DNA of 64,000 bases from Octopus vulgaris (lineage: Eukaryota), in NCBI GenBank assembly GCA_951406725.2, contig OX597828.1, positions 66,402,001 to 66,466,000 of the forward strand. The letters run 5' to 3'. Below, piece by piece: positions 11,001 to 24,746 of the stretch; the first letter of the stretch is position 1; each line of letters starts with the position of its first letter. The notes under the pieces are model-generated. The model had not been told where the DNA came from. It saw only the letters and a program-made list of their open reading frames with translations, and did no database searches. Made by a program: the position numbers and the translations under genes.

Positions 11001-11405
11001 AGCTGGCAGAAACGTTAGCACGCCGGGCAAAATGCTTAGCAGTATTTTGTCTGCTGCTACGTTCTGAGTTCAAATTCCGCCGAAGTCGACTTTGCCTTTC
11101 ATCCTTTCGGGGTCGATAAATTAAGTACCAGTTACGCACTGGGGTCGATATAATCGACTTAATCTGTTTGACTGTCTTGTTTGTCCTCTCTGTGTTTAGC
11201 CCCTTGTGGGTAGTAAAGAAATAGGTATTTCGTCTGCTGCTACGTGCTGAGTTCAAATTCCGCCGAGGTTGACTTTGCCTTTCATCCATTCGGGGTCGAT
11301 TAAATAAGTACCAGTTATGCAATGGGGTCGATATAATCGATTTAATCCGTTTGTCTGTCCTTGTTTGTCTTCTCCGTGTTTAGCCCCTTGTGGGTAGTAA
11401 AGAAA
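10997..11405 (+). mobile_element. SINE family A, head plus two tandem bodies
   Basis: GCGAGCTGGCAGAAACGTTAGCACGCCGGG head. ~183-bp unit repeated via junction AAAGAAATA|GGTATTTCGTCTG. Confidence 0.88.
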
Positions 11406-11458
11406 TTTATATATGTGTGTGCATATGTATATATGTATTTATGTATGTATGCATGTAC

Positions 11459-11493
<35 letters not shown>

Positions 11494-12034
11494 AACTGAT
11501 TTATACGTGCATGGCTAAACAGCTATAAAATAGATGAGGGAGCAGTTTGAATGAAAATATGTATGTGTGAGAAAATGAAAGATGGCGAGGGAAGTAGTTT
11601 ATGACAATAAACATAGCGATTTAAAGAGATATGGGGGACAAAGCAAACACTTCAAAGGTTATCCAATTAGTCTGTTTTGTTAATTAGATTGCAGATGATG
11701 CAATAATGGAATGTTCAACAATATGCTATTATTCATTCTCAGTTCATAGCTCGGTTGTCATAACAATACTTTATTTTACAGCAGTCTTTCCTTTATTACA
11801 ATATGAGATGATTAAATTTATTTTACATTTTTGCTTAATTTCCTGATTGGTTAAATTTGTTTTATTCAACTGTATTTTCTTTGTACTTTTAGGTTTCTGT
11901 TATTAATGCTATTGTCATTAAAACTAAAGGGATATAATTTCTCGCAAGAAACAGATTTCTGGTGTGCTATAATTGTTTCAATTGCAAAGAAGATTCGTAA
12001 ATGGCAGCAGATTTTAGAGTTAGGCCTGGCCTGC

Positions 12035-12580
12035 CACCCCATTGCTTATGATGATGAGTGTTCCAGTTGATTTAGTCAATGGAACAGCCTGCTCATGGAA
12101 TTAACCTGAAAGTGGATGAGCATTCCACAGACACACATACTTATTTCTTTACTACCCACAAAGGGCTAAACACAGAAAGGACAAACAGATTACGTTGATT
12201 ATATCGACCCCAGTGCGTAACTGGTACTTAATTTATCGACCCCGAAAGGATGAAAGGCAAAGTCAACCTCGGCAGAATTTGAACTCAGAACATAATGGCA
12301 GACGAAGTACGGCTATGCATTTCGCCTGGCGTACCAACGTTTCTGCCAGCTCGCCGCCTTATTAGGACTATAGACATGCATACCCTTAAAGTAGTTCTTA
12401 GGGATATTCAGCACAACACAGATTGTTACAAGGCCAGCCCTTCGAATTACAGATACAACTCATTCTTGCCAGCTGAGTGGACTGGAGCAATGTGAAATAA
12501 AGTGTCTTGTTCAAGGACACAATGTACTGCTATCCTTTCGATCATGAATGAATACCCTAAACACTAAGCCATGCACCTTC
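12035..12580 (-). mobile_element. tRNA/CORE-like SINE (family D) with a nested family-A SINE (12140-12361)
   Basis: Minus head GGTGCATGGCTTAGTG..TTGTGTCCTTGAACAAGACACTTTATTTCAC. The nested copy is flanked by similar AGACACACATAC / AGACATGCATAC. Confidence 0.7.
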
Positions 12581-13564
12581 AATTTTAGACTTATTTCCTG
12601 GGTATCGGACACTTATTTGATTTATTATAAATTGATCAGCATTTAAGCCATAAATATCTCAGCTGTAGTATTGTGGGCTTTGTAGAAGGCCTCTGCCTTA
12701 ATTTGAAAAGATTAATGTAGTTACAGGAGTGACATTAAGATGCTGAATGAATAAGATGAGTGGTGATTTGTTTTCAATTCATCCTCTGTTGTATGGAACA
12801 TGTTTGTTCCAAGGAAAGAAACTAACAAAATAATGTCAGAAAATTCTGCTCATATTAGTGATTTAGTTGGACAGCTTGAGTGACTTTATATAGATGGGAG
12901 AGAAAGAGATGGAGCAAGGTAGAGAAGGAGGGTGAGTGGTTTAATAAGTTCCACTCTTTTACAATTTAAAAAAAAAAAATAATACTTTAAAATACAGACA
13001 ATTCAAATATTTTGCTTAAATCCCAGCAACGGACCACTCTCAGATGCATCATCATTACATTAAATGTGTTTATGGGGGAAAAAATATTGAAAAACATCAA
13101 TATATATCAGAGTGGCAAAGAAATGAGGATAGTATAAGGTGGTCGTGAGATATGTTAAAGATAACAGCTAAATCACACACAAAAAATTTTCTTTTGTTGT
13201 GTGCATAATCGTATGAATTCCCATTTATAGAACACAAATTTGCAAGATTTTCTGAAACTTCCCAAAAATAAAAACAGTTATGAGGAGTTTATATGGAGTG
13301 CTTAAATCAGGTTTCTGTCCAAAACAAACTTTATTTTCTCATTGAATTTGAGCACCTTGAAGCACTCCAAGAGCTAGTAGTGTGGAACATTATCCTAAAC
13401 TGTCTTTTAGTCTATCCATCCAATGGCGAATTTCTTCTTTGTTATTTATATCTCATTTAATTAATATCATGTAATCAACACACAACAATTCCTCTTGATT
13501 TTTTGCATCCCTTTTGTTCCTCTAGTAATAGATTCTCTTTCTCAAGAAAGTTATACACTTCACC

Positions 13565-13840
13565 TGTTTTCATCATCATCTAACGTGTGCTTTTCATGTT
13601 GGCATTGGTCAAACGGTTTGACTGAAACTGGTAAGCCAGAGAGCTGCAACAGGGTCCAGTCTGTTTTAGCTTGGCTTCTATGGCTAGATGTCCTTCCTAA
13701 GACCAACCACTCCATAGAGTGTACTGGGTGTCTTTTATGTATCACTGACCCAGGTGCCTTTTATGTATCACTGACCCAGGTGCCTTTTATGTACCACTGG
13801 CATGGATGCCTTTTATGTGCCACCAGCATGAGTGCCTTGA
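13565..13840 (-). mobile_element. RTE family R 3' UTR fragment
   Basis: Reverse complement of the family R tail with repeated TTTTATGT..CACTG modules. Further fragments at 16455-16730(+), 16760-17190(-), 17636-17947(-), 18842-18935(-), 51170-51370(+), 57100-57500(-), 59725-60075(+), 60510-60815(+). Confidence 0.75.
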
Positions 13841-14083
13841 GGACAGTCAATAATTTCCAGAGTAATTGTAAGCATGTAATCACTGATGTCTCCTCTCTTT
13901 TTTTTTTCCCTTCCATATTAGCCCTGCCTTTTGTTTTGTCATCCATGTTGATGTTCCATTTTTCTATCCAATCAGTAAGAAACAATTGTACATCTCTCTC
14001 TGCATGTTTGTGAGATCTTTGAACCAGAATCCCTGAACACCACCACCTAGTCTAGAGGGTTTTCCATTTTGGTATTTTCTTAA

Positions 14084-14304
14084 CCCTTTAGTATTCAGAT
14101 TTTTTTTGTCAAAAATAATACTTATTGATTCATATTGTTTTCAATTAAACAAGCATTATTTTGTCATTTCAAAATTTTGATGATGTGATTGTTTATTTTT
14201 AGAATGATGTTGTTGGGTAGGTGTGAGGGACCAGATCTGGTTAGTTTGGATATAAAACATGCAGAATTATTTGGCCAGTTATGTCCAGTTTAAATGCTAA
14301 AGGG
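14084..14304. mobile_element. piggyBac-type MITE
   Basis: TTAA|CCCTTTAG ... CTAAAGGG|TTAA. Same family at 55078-55290 and, decayed, at ~24295-24505. Confidence 0.85.
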
Positions 14305-14339
14305 TTAAGCATTGCTTTTACTTACCCATCTGTAATATT

Positions 14340-15030
14340 TGTATTTTCTTGTTTTCATCTATTTCCCAATTCACTTTTAAATTTCCTTAACCAATCCACT
14401 TCCATGTTATGCTGAACTCCTTTACTCCAAATTTCTGACCAAGAGCTCCTTGCTGCTTCAGTATCTGTCACATCATTCCCCTGATGTTCATTCAGCTGTT
14501 GATAAAATTTCCTTTCATTGTTTCTGAAGAATCTCTTCTGCTGGCATTGGTTTATTCTTTGTTAGTATCTTTATTTATTATTTTTTTTTTGTTGATATTG
14601 ACTAAATCCTTTTGCCTTATCTCTTCTTAAACTGTAATTCTATTAGTCAAATGTTTCACTTTCTTTGGAACTCACTCATAAGTTTTCCTTCACCATCTTT
14701 CCATTTATTGCATTTATCCTTCCAGAATCTCTGTTGAGCTATTCAACTTAATTCTCAAGTCTCTGTTTCCACCATGGGTCTTTGCCCCTTGCTTTTTACT
14801 TGATCAAGAATTTCTGTGCAGTATAGAAGGTGATTTTAAAAAATCTATTATATTTTCACCATAGATTTTCATCAACAATTCAGTGATCTTCTTTACCATT
14901 TTATGTAGTTTTTTTCTCTTTTGATTCCATTCAAAAGCTGGTAATCGCTTTCTTTCACTAGTTTATGTCTCATTTAGCTGTTGTAGAAAGCTCCTTTCTT
15001 CCTCTGTAACATCCTTTCCTTCCATGAACT
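14340..15030 (-). pseudogene. R4/Dong-type LINE remnant, pre-RT region
   Basis: RY*QRINQCQQKRFFRNN..KFYQQLN...AARSSWSEIWSKGVQHNMEVDWL resembles the RY..R...QNxxF..QKxFY...FWxxIW...HN..AxWL motif. Confidence 0.6.
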
Positions 15031-15345
15031 AAAATTTGTTTTCATTTAGGTTGTTATTCCTCTCTTGATGATTTATTGATCTCTCCCTCTCCTCCTCTGC
15101 CTCATCATCGTCATCATCATCATCATCATCAGCAACAGTAACAGCATCCATTCTTTAATCCTTGAAATGCCAGTATCATATGTGACTGAAGCTTCTGAAC
15201 TTTTATGTGCTAGTTTTAAGTAGATGGATACAAGATTTGTTTAAGTGTGTCTTTTCAAGAATTGGCCTCAAGGAAGATAATTTTATGTTGTCAGATGCCA
15301 TGGTGGAACTATAGTGGATTTATGCACATACATACCTACATATAA

Positions 15346-15407
<62 letters not shown>

Positions 15408-17589
15408 ATGCATGCATGTATGTATGTATGTATGTATATGTATACACACATATATACACCTTCACACACATATATACATATATGGGAGTTGGGAAATGAT
15501 TGTGTTGTCTCCTATTTTTAAGTATATAACAGCATCATGCATATTTCACAATGCTTTGTTGCACAATTCTGTTACAATAAATATTGAGTCCTTTGTGACA
15601 ATCATTACTATATGTTCCAACTTTGTAGGGTCCCTATATAAATGTATCTCTAGCGTCTCAGTCCAAGTATTTATCTTATCAATACCAATAGGATTTGAAC
15701 TCTGGACTCAAAGAAAAAGTCAAGCTATTGCTAAGCAACAAATCAATACTGATGCATACGTGTACATGTATTGGCCATTTCCCCCCCTTGTATATTTGCT
15801 ATCAATCGAAGAGTACATTGCTTGATTGTCCTAAACTAAACATTAATTATTTATGATCCCTAAATCTATATAACTCCATTAATGAAGAGAGGCATGCTAA
15901 ATATTGATTGTTTAATTGTGTGTTAATGTTTATCTATTTTTATATGTAAATATGCATGAATGAGAATATCTGGATGAATGGGTAAATAAGAACATCAATT
16001 CTTTGTCAGTTTTCATGATAAATATTACAGTTGTTTGATCAGCTGAACTGCTGCCATTCAAATATGTTGTATGTAATTGAGTATTCATTTCAGCAACACA
16101 TGTAACCTCAATATACTCCTTAGATTACTCCAGAGGTAGAAACAGTAAGGCTGTGTATGACACAGCAGGCATTTTGAATTGCAAGTACAGCCTAATTGAC
16201 AGGCTGTCACAGTTTCTGACCCCCACCCCACCCAACAACCAGTTACATCCCCAAGGCCTAGGTGAACCTGAAGTAAATGACACATGCCGAAGCTACCACA
16301 CAGTGGGATCAGATCTTGGGCTTCAGGATTGCAAAGTAAAATTCTTAACCACTTGGTCATCATACACACATGTATGGCTGTGTGAGTATACACACATAAG
16401 CGTATATACTTATACACAAACATGTGTGGGTGTTTATAAGTATATATCGCCTTACTGGCAGCTGTGCTGGTGGCATGTGTAAAAAGATTTGAACGAGATC
16501 ATTGCCAGTACCGCCTGACTGGCCCCGTGCCGGTGGCACATAAAAAGCACCTGCTACACTCTCAGAGTGGTTGGCGTTAGGAAGGGCATCCAGCTGTAGA
16601 AACTCTGCCAGATCAAGATTGGAGCCTGGTGCGGCCGTCTGGATCGCCAGCCCTCAGTGAAAATCATCCAACCCATGCTAGCATGAAAAGCGGACGTTAA
16701 CCAATGATGATGATGATGATGATGATGATGATATCAACATCATCATCATCATCATCATCATCACCAGCAGCAGTATTTAATGTCCATTTCTTATGGTGAC
16801 ATGGATTTGAGAGTTTAACAGGATCCAGCAAACTGCAAAGACTGTGTTGAGCTCAAGTGTCATATTTGGTGTGTTTTCACCAGCTGGATGATCTTCCATT
16901 TGCCAAACACTTTACAGAGTATATCAAGTGCTTTTTCATGCTAAGGGCATTAGTTAAAGTTGCTGTGTGAAACTTGCAAGCCAGAAAAAGAACGTGGAAA
17001 AAGAAGAAGAGGGTAGAATTTGAGAGGGGAAGTTGACAGTGGTGTAAGAGCCAACTCTCAAGGAGCAAGAAGGAAGCATAAGAGAGGTCATAGAGGGTAA
17101 TGAGAGGGGAGGAGAGAAAGACAGAGCAGGTACTTTCAAATGGCTGTGGGGTAGAGGTGAAGCACAGAGAGTTCAAGTTGGAGGTAGACATAAATAAGAT
17201 ATCTATCTATCTCTATGTGTGTGTGTGTGTTTTGTTTAACACACATACACAAGGTATGTGTGTTCAATTTCATATATATATATATATATATACATATCTT
17301 ACATATAATTAAATGCAATGTGTGTCCTGTCGGTCAATTTTGGAAGAAAGATGAGTATCAAATGGAGTGGGAGTGAGTGAGAGTCAGAGGAAGTAAAGCA
17401 TGCAAACAACCTTCAAAAATTTTGCTCTCAACAATGCTGCCATGTTAATCAAAGTGAAACTGCAAATTTCTATCACGAATTGCATTTACTTTATCAGTTA
17501 CACACACATACATATATAAGTGTTCAATATTTAATATCATTTAGATATTTGTGTGTGTGTGTGTGTGTGTGTATACATATATATGTATG

Positions 17590-17636
<47 letters not shown>

Positions 17637-17947
17637 CATCATCATCATCATCATCATCGTTTAACGTCCGCTTTCCATGCTAGCATGGGTTGGACGGGGG
17701 TCTGGCAAGCCCGAAGGCTGCACCAGGCCAGTCAGATCTGGCAGTGTTTCTACAGCTGGATGCCCTTCCTAACGCCAACCACTCCAAGAGTGTAGTGGGT
17801 GATCTTATGTGCCACCGACACAGGTGCCAGACGAGGCTAGCAGACGGCCACGCTCGGATGGTGTTTTTTATGTGCCACCGACACAGGTGCCAGACGAGGC
17901 TGGCTGACGGCCACGCTCGGATGGTGTTTTCTTATGTGTCACCGACA

Positions 17948-18128
17948 ATATATATATATATATAAATATATGTGCATATATATATATATATATAAATATA
18001 TATATGTGCATATATATATATATATAAATATATATATGTGCATATATATATATATATATGTGCATATATATATATATATATAATATATATATGTGCATAT
18101 ATATATATATATAAATATATATATGTGC

Positions 18129-18159
<31 letters not shown>

Positions 18160-18293
18160 AATATATATATACATATATATACATATATATATACATATAT
18201 ATATAAATATATATATACATATATATACATATATATATACATATATATACATATATATATACATATATATACATATATATACATACATACATT

Positions 18294-18360
<67 letters not shown>
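17948..18360. repeat. Compound (TA)n microsatellite with AAATATATATATGTGC higher-order unit
   Basis: Directly visible. Confidence 0.95.
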
Positions 18361-18361
<1 letters not shown>

Positions 18362-18757
18362 TAGCAGTATCACCCGGCGTTGCTCAGATTTGTAAGGGAA
18401 ATAACTATATAAGCATTTTTAGAGAGTTATAGCAAAAAAATAGCAAAAAAATGCATTAAAAATGTAAAAAAAAATATGGTAAATTTTTTTTAAATCGTTG
18501 ACTCATTGCAGACATTTTTAGAGAGTTACTTCCCTTATATAATAGCGAAAAAATGCATTAAAATGGAAAAAAATTATGGTAAATTTTTTTTTAAATCGTA
18601 GACTCACCGTAGACGCGCGCTAATACCCAGAAGGGCTTGATATGAATCACGACTATAATATACCCGCTTTTGGTTAAACTGCACCGCAAAATGTGGGAGT
18701 AGTTAGGAATCTAAATCGTAGGAGACAGACACACAACTTCTCTTTTATGTATAAAGA
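18361..18757 (-). mobile_element. Non-autonomous Helitron
   Basis: On minus: a|TCTTTAT... 5' end, subterminal GAGCAACGCCGGG hairpin remnant, CTAG|t 3' end. AT target, no TSD. Confidence 0.8.
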
Positions 18758-18776
18758 TATGTATGTATGTACGTAC

Positions 18777-18838
<62 letters not shown>

Positions 18839-18934
18839 ATATCATCATCATCGTTTAACAGCCGCTTTCCATGCTAGCATGGGTTGGATGGTTCGACTGG
18901 GGTCTGGGAAACCAGGAGGCTGCACCGGCCACCC

Positions 18935-18969
<35 letters not shown>

Positions 18970-19427
18970 CAATGCATCCCGGCGGTGCCCGGGTGTTATG
19001 ACCTACAAGTGCATTGTATTATTTGCTCCTTTCTTATGGGCAGAATCGGCACAGCTGATATATAGTTAATGGAATAATGGAAGTTATTTTTTGTTTAATA
19101 GTGAAGGACTGTTTCAGTCATTAGACTGCAGACATGCTCTATAGAATTTTAGTCATATGAAGTCTGGAACTTATTCTACAGGTGTCTTTTGCCAAGCCAC
19201 TAGGATATGGGAACATAAACACACCTAATACTAGTTGTCAGGTAAGTGATAGGAAACAAACACAGGCACAAAGACACACACATACATACTAGGGGCTTCT
19301 TTTAATTTAATTTCTGTCTTCCAAATCCACTCACAAGGCTTTTGGTTGGCCCAAGAGTATAGTGGAAAACACTTGGTCCAAAGAACCCAGACCCGTGTGG
19401 TTGGGCAGCAAACATCTTACCACACAT

Positions 19428-19842
19428 ATGTCTTTATTACCCACAAGGGGCCAAACATAGAGGGGACAAACAAGGACAGACAAATGGATTAAGTCGATTA
19501 CATCGACCCCAGTGCGTAACTGGTACTGAATTTATCGACCTCGGAAGGATGACTGGCAAAGTCGACCTCGGTGGGATTTGAAGTCAGACCGTAAAGACAG
19601 ACGAAATACCTATTTCTTTACTACCCACAAGGGGCTAAACATAGAGGGGACAAACAAGGACAGACAAACGGATTAATTCGATTACATCGACCCCAGTGCA
19701 TAAGTGGTACTTATTTAATCGACCCCGAAAGGATGAAGGGCAAAGTCGACCTTGGTGGAATTTGAACTCAGAATGTAACGGCAGACGAAATATGGCTACG
19801 CATTTCGCCCAGCGTGCTAACGTTTCTGCCAGGTCGCCACCT
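19428..19842 (-). mobile_element. SINE family A dimer nested in SINE family B
   Basis: Two tandem bodies, flanked by duplicated CTTACCACACA. Confidence 0.85.
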
Positions 19843-20039
19843 TACCACACAGCCATGCCTACACCTAATGCACACACGCATGCACACACACACAAACATA
19901 CACACACACACACATATGCAGTCTTTTGGCTAGCCAGTTCCTGTCAAACTGTCCAACCATGTGAACATGGAAAATGGTTGTTAAATGATAACGATAATGA
20001 TGATGATGATGACGATGTATGAATGTATGTATGTGTCTC

Positions 20040-20079
<40 letters not shown>

Positions 20080-20749
20080 TGCATGGATAATTGTGTGTGT
20101 GTGGATAATTATGTATTTATGCATGAATAGACGATTCTGTATACAAGACTGGAAACACTTCCATATATTTATGAACGCTTGACAATGATATAGTAGAGTA
20201 CATGTTACTTGTTAGTAAAGGGGAAATACTGTCTACACGAAGACGTATGTGTTAGTGCCTTAGATGTGTGTTTAAAAGTGTAATGTTAGTCCATGCACTG
20301 TCAAGCATGATGTTCATGTGATTACCTATGTCTTCTAAATTGCCTGTAAAAGTTACCTGGGAAACCAGCCGAAAGCAGAAGTGGCCAGTATTTGACACAT
20401 TTGAAAAACTAGGTAGTGAAGAGGGCAGGAGGAGGAGGAAGAAGAAAGATCGATAATAAAATAAGAATTATGAGAATATATTTCTGAGGAGGAATTGAAG
20501 AAGGAGAGAAGTGCATATATCATATTACGTGCATAGGAACCTTTATGCATCTTCATCATCATCATCATCATCATCCCCACCCACTGTTGTCACTGCCACC
20601 ACCACCACCACCACTGCCGCCATAGCTTCTACTCCCTCCTCCTTGTGGCCATCCAGATATGCATTTCCCCATGCCACACCAAGAATTTCTGCCCCACCCC
20701 GCAGGCTTTTGTAGCTCTTCAATTTCATGTTGTGTATTTCTGCTAATAA

Positions 20750-21131
20750 TCTCTATATATATAAATGACAAAATGCCTGTCGGTGTGTGTGTGTCCGTGT
20801 GTGTGTGTGTCCTTTATACAAATCCACAATTTTTCAGTTAGAGGGCTCACACTTTCCATGGTCATTCAAAACCGTTCAAGGGTGGTCGTGTACATCTTTA
20901 TATTTCCCCAGCCATCCTGCAAAGGCATTAAAAAATCAGTAGAAATTACATTTTTGTGAATTTTCTATCCAAAACCCAATCAAAATGCCCGAAACTTGAT
21001 ACACCAATTGAATGCCAGCTACCTATATGTGATTGGTCGGAGATTTGGACAGTACTCGCATGTATGTGCGCACACAGCTGTACATGCATGCACTAGCACT
21101 ATGACCCGGCGTTGCTGGGTCATAGTGCTAG
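20750..21131 (+). mobile_element. Non-autonomous Helitron
   Basis: a|TCTCTATATATATAAA 5' end, internal (GT)n, 3' palindrome ending CTAG|t. Second copy at 23786-24179. Confidence 0.85.
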
Positions 21132-21179
21132 TTTCAATATAGTTGAGTCATTTTTTATTAGTCATCTATTATGGTATGG

Positions 21180-21630
21180 AGGTCTCCAAAATATTACATT
21201 TGATGTGGTCTAGTGTGTTGAACACAATAACAGAAGCCAGCAAAGCCTACCCTACCTTGCATAACAATAGTAGAGATGGGTGGAATGTGTCCATAAATCT
21301 TCTCTTTGGTTTCATGTTTAGGTATGAGATGTTTTGAGTTTTCAGGGGAAGCTTGGTGTATGGGTGTATGTGCCTTCACTGTGATGTTGAAGTTCCTTCT
21401 TCATAATCTCTGCTTCAGCTCTATAAAGGAAAATGTTCTCTACACACACCTTGAAGAAGGCCAACCTTGTTTTGATTTTTAAATACTTGTTTGCTAGATG
21501 TTATCAAACATGTTACAGACACTCCAGGCTTGTCTTTTGTATATGAGCAAGTCTTTCTTATTGCGACTAGCTTAGAAGGAAAGGTATACATTACGAAGCC
21601 AGGTATATAAACTTCTATTTTTTAAAACAT
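21180..21630 (-). pseudogene. Possible highly decayed Penelope GIY-YIG region
   Basis: Fragmentary FIYLAS...GQAWSVCNMF...ETKEK..FMDTFHPSL pattern across frames. Weak. Confidence 0.25.
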
Positions 21631-23356
21631 TTTATTAAAGTGAAGTAGTTTCATATGTTCAGATTGTTTCCCTGTCATTTATCATGTATTAAACAGAGAT
21701 CATTTCTTGTATTGTCAAAAAGAAAGGTCACTCAACCCCTTTGTTTAAACATTTATTTGCAGCTCTCCTTACAAATTTTTGTTTTATTTTGCTTTGTTCT
21801 CAACATTCTTGCCTTAGATATTGTTACTAACTTTAATTATACATTAATTCCTCCCACATTGTACAACACCTACCTTTCAGCATCACGCCTCCACTCCATT
21901 AAAAATTTAAGCAATAAAAATCTATAGAGAATGGCATTAAAATGGTAAGAGAAGCAGTTGGACATATTAAAATGTCACATCAAATGTGTGTGTGTGTGTG
22001 TGTGAGCATGTGTGTGTGTGCATGCGCATGTGTGTGTGCACGTGCATGTGCGTGCGTGTTTGTGTGTGTGTGTAATTTGTTGCATTCAAAGTAATAAAAT
22101 AACTGTTAGTTTTTTTTTTATGCAGAACATCACCACTTTCCTTGGATTTTACTGTTTTACTATTTGGTGTGGACTTCTCGCCTGTTTCTGCGGCTGTTGG
22201 ATTTAACTACAAATACATCCAGTGTAGTTATTCACAATGACTAGAAAGCGGCGGCAATCAAGTGGAAGTGAAAGGCAGTAGTGCCAAAAGAACAAAAAAA
22301 TGTTATGGATTGATGACATCAAAGCTAAAATTCTTCAATATAGTGAATGTCTGCTTACTAGCAAGATACATCTTCTTTCATATACTGTCTCTCCTAAGGA
22401 CAACTGTTGCTTCTCCACTTGTTTTAAAGATGCCAATACAATGCCTTTCAAAGGCAGTGAGCTGGAAGAATCGTTATCACATTGGGCAAAATGCTTAATG
22501 GCATTTCGTCCACCTTTACGTTCTGAGTTCAAATTCCGCCAAGGCTGACTTTACCTTTCTCCTTTCAGGGTCAATAAAGTAAGTACCAATTAAAATTAAA
22601 ATTAAAAAATATTTTTGTTGTTTTTGTAAAATCTTAGAAAATATTTAAAAATTCACATTTTTTGTCAAATTATTTTGTTATATTTGTCTATCTATCCAAC
22701 TGTAGACATTTAAAATATTTCACTAACTTTTTCTTATAACTTGGCAAAAGGGTACATTTTTTCTCAAAAATTGCTAAATTTGTTCCCACAGTCTTCTTTA
22801 TCCACAAACAGAATCGTAAACTTTCTCTTGAAAATATTTCAAACTAGTCAAATTCCGCCAAGGCTGACTTTACCTTTCATCCTTTCAGGGTTAATAAAGT
22901 AAGTACCAGTAGAGCACTGGGGTTGATGCAATCAACTGACTCACTGCCTTCAAAATTGCTGGCCTTGTGCCAAAATTCGAAACCAATGTCATGCCTTTCT
23001 TATCATGTGTTATCATTGAGACTGAAACACCTAAAGAAGCATAAATATGTTAAGCCTTAGAGAAATAAATCATTTACACTGTTTACAGATTGCACATGGA
23101 AGTGAACATGTTCCACAAGTAACTTGGTCATCTCCATTTTCAACTGCAAAATACTTCTTTTTAAGTTTACATCCACAAAAGAAAAGAAAACAACTGTGCA
23201 GGTCATTAGGTAGGTGGGAGCTTAAATTTGACTATGACCGACCGTAAAGCTCTTTTTTGATCCTAGAGTGTACTAGAAGTCCTGGTATTCCTCTATTTTG
23301 TAAAGCATGTATTATATATATTGGCCTTTTAAATATAAGTATAATTAAAAATTCAA

Positions 23357-23545
23357 AACTATTGAAAAGGTTGCAAGACGCAATGAAAATTTTAGGAAAA
23401 TAAAAATAAGTAAAAAGTGGAAATTTTACCAGTGAGTGTGTTATATCATAAGGCACAAAAAGAAAATTACCCTCCCCAGATACAATAGAATATGCTGCAA
23501 CACACAAACTCATATAAAGAACCTTGCAAACCAAATCAAAAAATG
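23357..23545 (+). mobile_element. Hammerhead-bearing short repeat family HB
   Basis: Starts ACTATTGAAAAGGTTGCAAGACGCAA. ~190 bp shared with 54935-55070 and 59054-59245. Confidence 0.75.
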
Positions 23546-23785
23546 AAATATCATTAAAAAATTTGCTAAATAGATGTAATTTTTCATGCTGAATTAGATT
23601 TTGTTATTCATTTGCTCTAGAAAAATTTTTTGAAAAATGTTGTTACAGAGGTTTAAAGTTTGAGCCACAAGCTTTTTAATTCAAGAACATGTGCTGAATC
23701 AAAGTGAAGAGAATTCAATATGTAAAGTATGGCAATTTGTTGAAAATGAGATACTGTAATTTGATGTCATTTTCTGTATATCACA

Positions 23786-23809
23786 TCTCTCTATATATAA
23801 ACAGCAAAA

Positions 23810-23844
<35 letters not shown>

Positions 23845-24179
23845 CCTTTATACAATCCACAGTTTTTCAGTTAGAGGGCTCGCACTTTCTATGGTCATTC
23901 AAAACCGTCCAAGGGTGGTCGTGCACATCTTTACATTTCCCCAGTCACCCCGCAAAGCCATTAAAAAATCAATAGAAGTGACTTTTTTGTGAATTTTCTA
24001 TCCAAAACCCAACCAAAATGCCCGAAACTTGATACGCCAATTGAATGCCAGCTAGCTGTATGTGATTGGTAGGAGATTTGGACAGTACTCGCGTGCATGT
24101 GCGCATGCACGCAGCTGTATATGCATGCACTAGCACTATGACCCGGCGTTGACCCGGCGTTGCCGGGTCATAGTGCTAG
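23786..24179 (+). mobile_element. Non-autonomous Helitron (second copy)
   Basis: a|TC...CTAG|t. Closely similar to 20750-21131, with an 11-bp duplication in the terminal hairpin loop. Confidence 0.85.
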
Positions 24180-24746
24180 TCTCTAATATTTTACACCAGC
24201 TACAAAGCTTGTGTTGATTTCATTATGTTCTGCTTGGTATGAGAGTGAAGCAAAAGCTTGCAACCATCGAGTCAAGGTGAAGTAGAATAAGGTCATCCTT
24301 TAGCATTTAAACCGACCATATCTGGCCTAAATATTCTACCTGTTTTCTGTTCAGACTGGCCAGATCTGGCTTCTCACACCTACCCTAAAATGTTATTCTA
24401 AAAATAAATAACCACATCATTGAAATAATGAAGCTACAGGATAATGTAAATCAATAGTGTAAATCAATAAGCATCACATTTGATAGATGAATGTGAATGT
24501 TAGAGAATAAAGTGAAAGTCTTTTAGTTCTGGGTATACACAACCAGCATGGCTGAAAAAACACTTGGTTTCTCATTGGGTCAATAAAATGAATTGAAAAT
24601 GGTGATCAATTTGAGCATCACTTATTGCTTGAGAGTCACACACACATGACTCACATCTATAGATGTAAAAAGATTACATCTATAAAAAATATTTTGTATT
24701 AATAAAATGAAAAATGCTTATATCTAATGTTGATAATAACATTTCA

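Noticed and set aside
10642-11322. 226-aa minus ORF
   Set aside because: Made of an antisense SINE dimer, (TA)n and low-complexity sequence.
11892-12030. Plus-strand acceptor followed by a short open frame
   Set aside because: No convincing donor, runs into a SINE, and opposite to the inferred host-gene strand.
17810-17947. Regularly spaced ~60-bp repeats resembling a CRISPR array
   Set aside because: The 'spacers' are homologous. These are RTE 3'-UTR modules in a eukaryotic genome with no cas genes.
22230-22445. MTRKRRQSSGS..AKRTKK pogo/Tigger-like N-terminus
   Set aside because: Short and frameshifted with no TIR pair found. Insufficient support.
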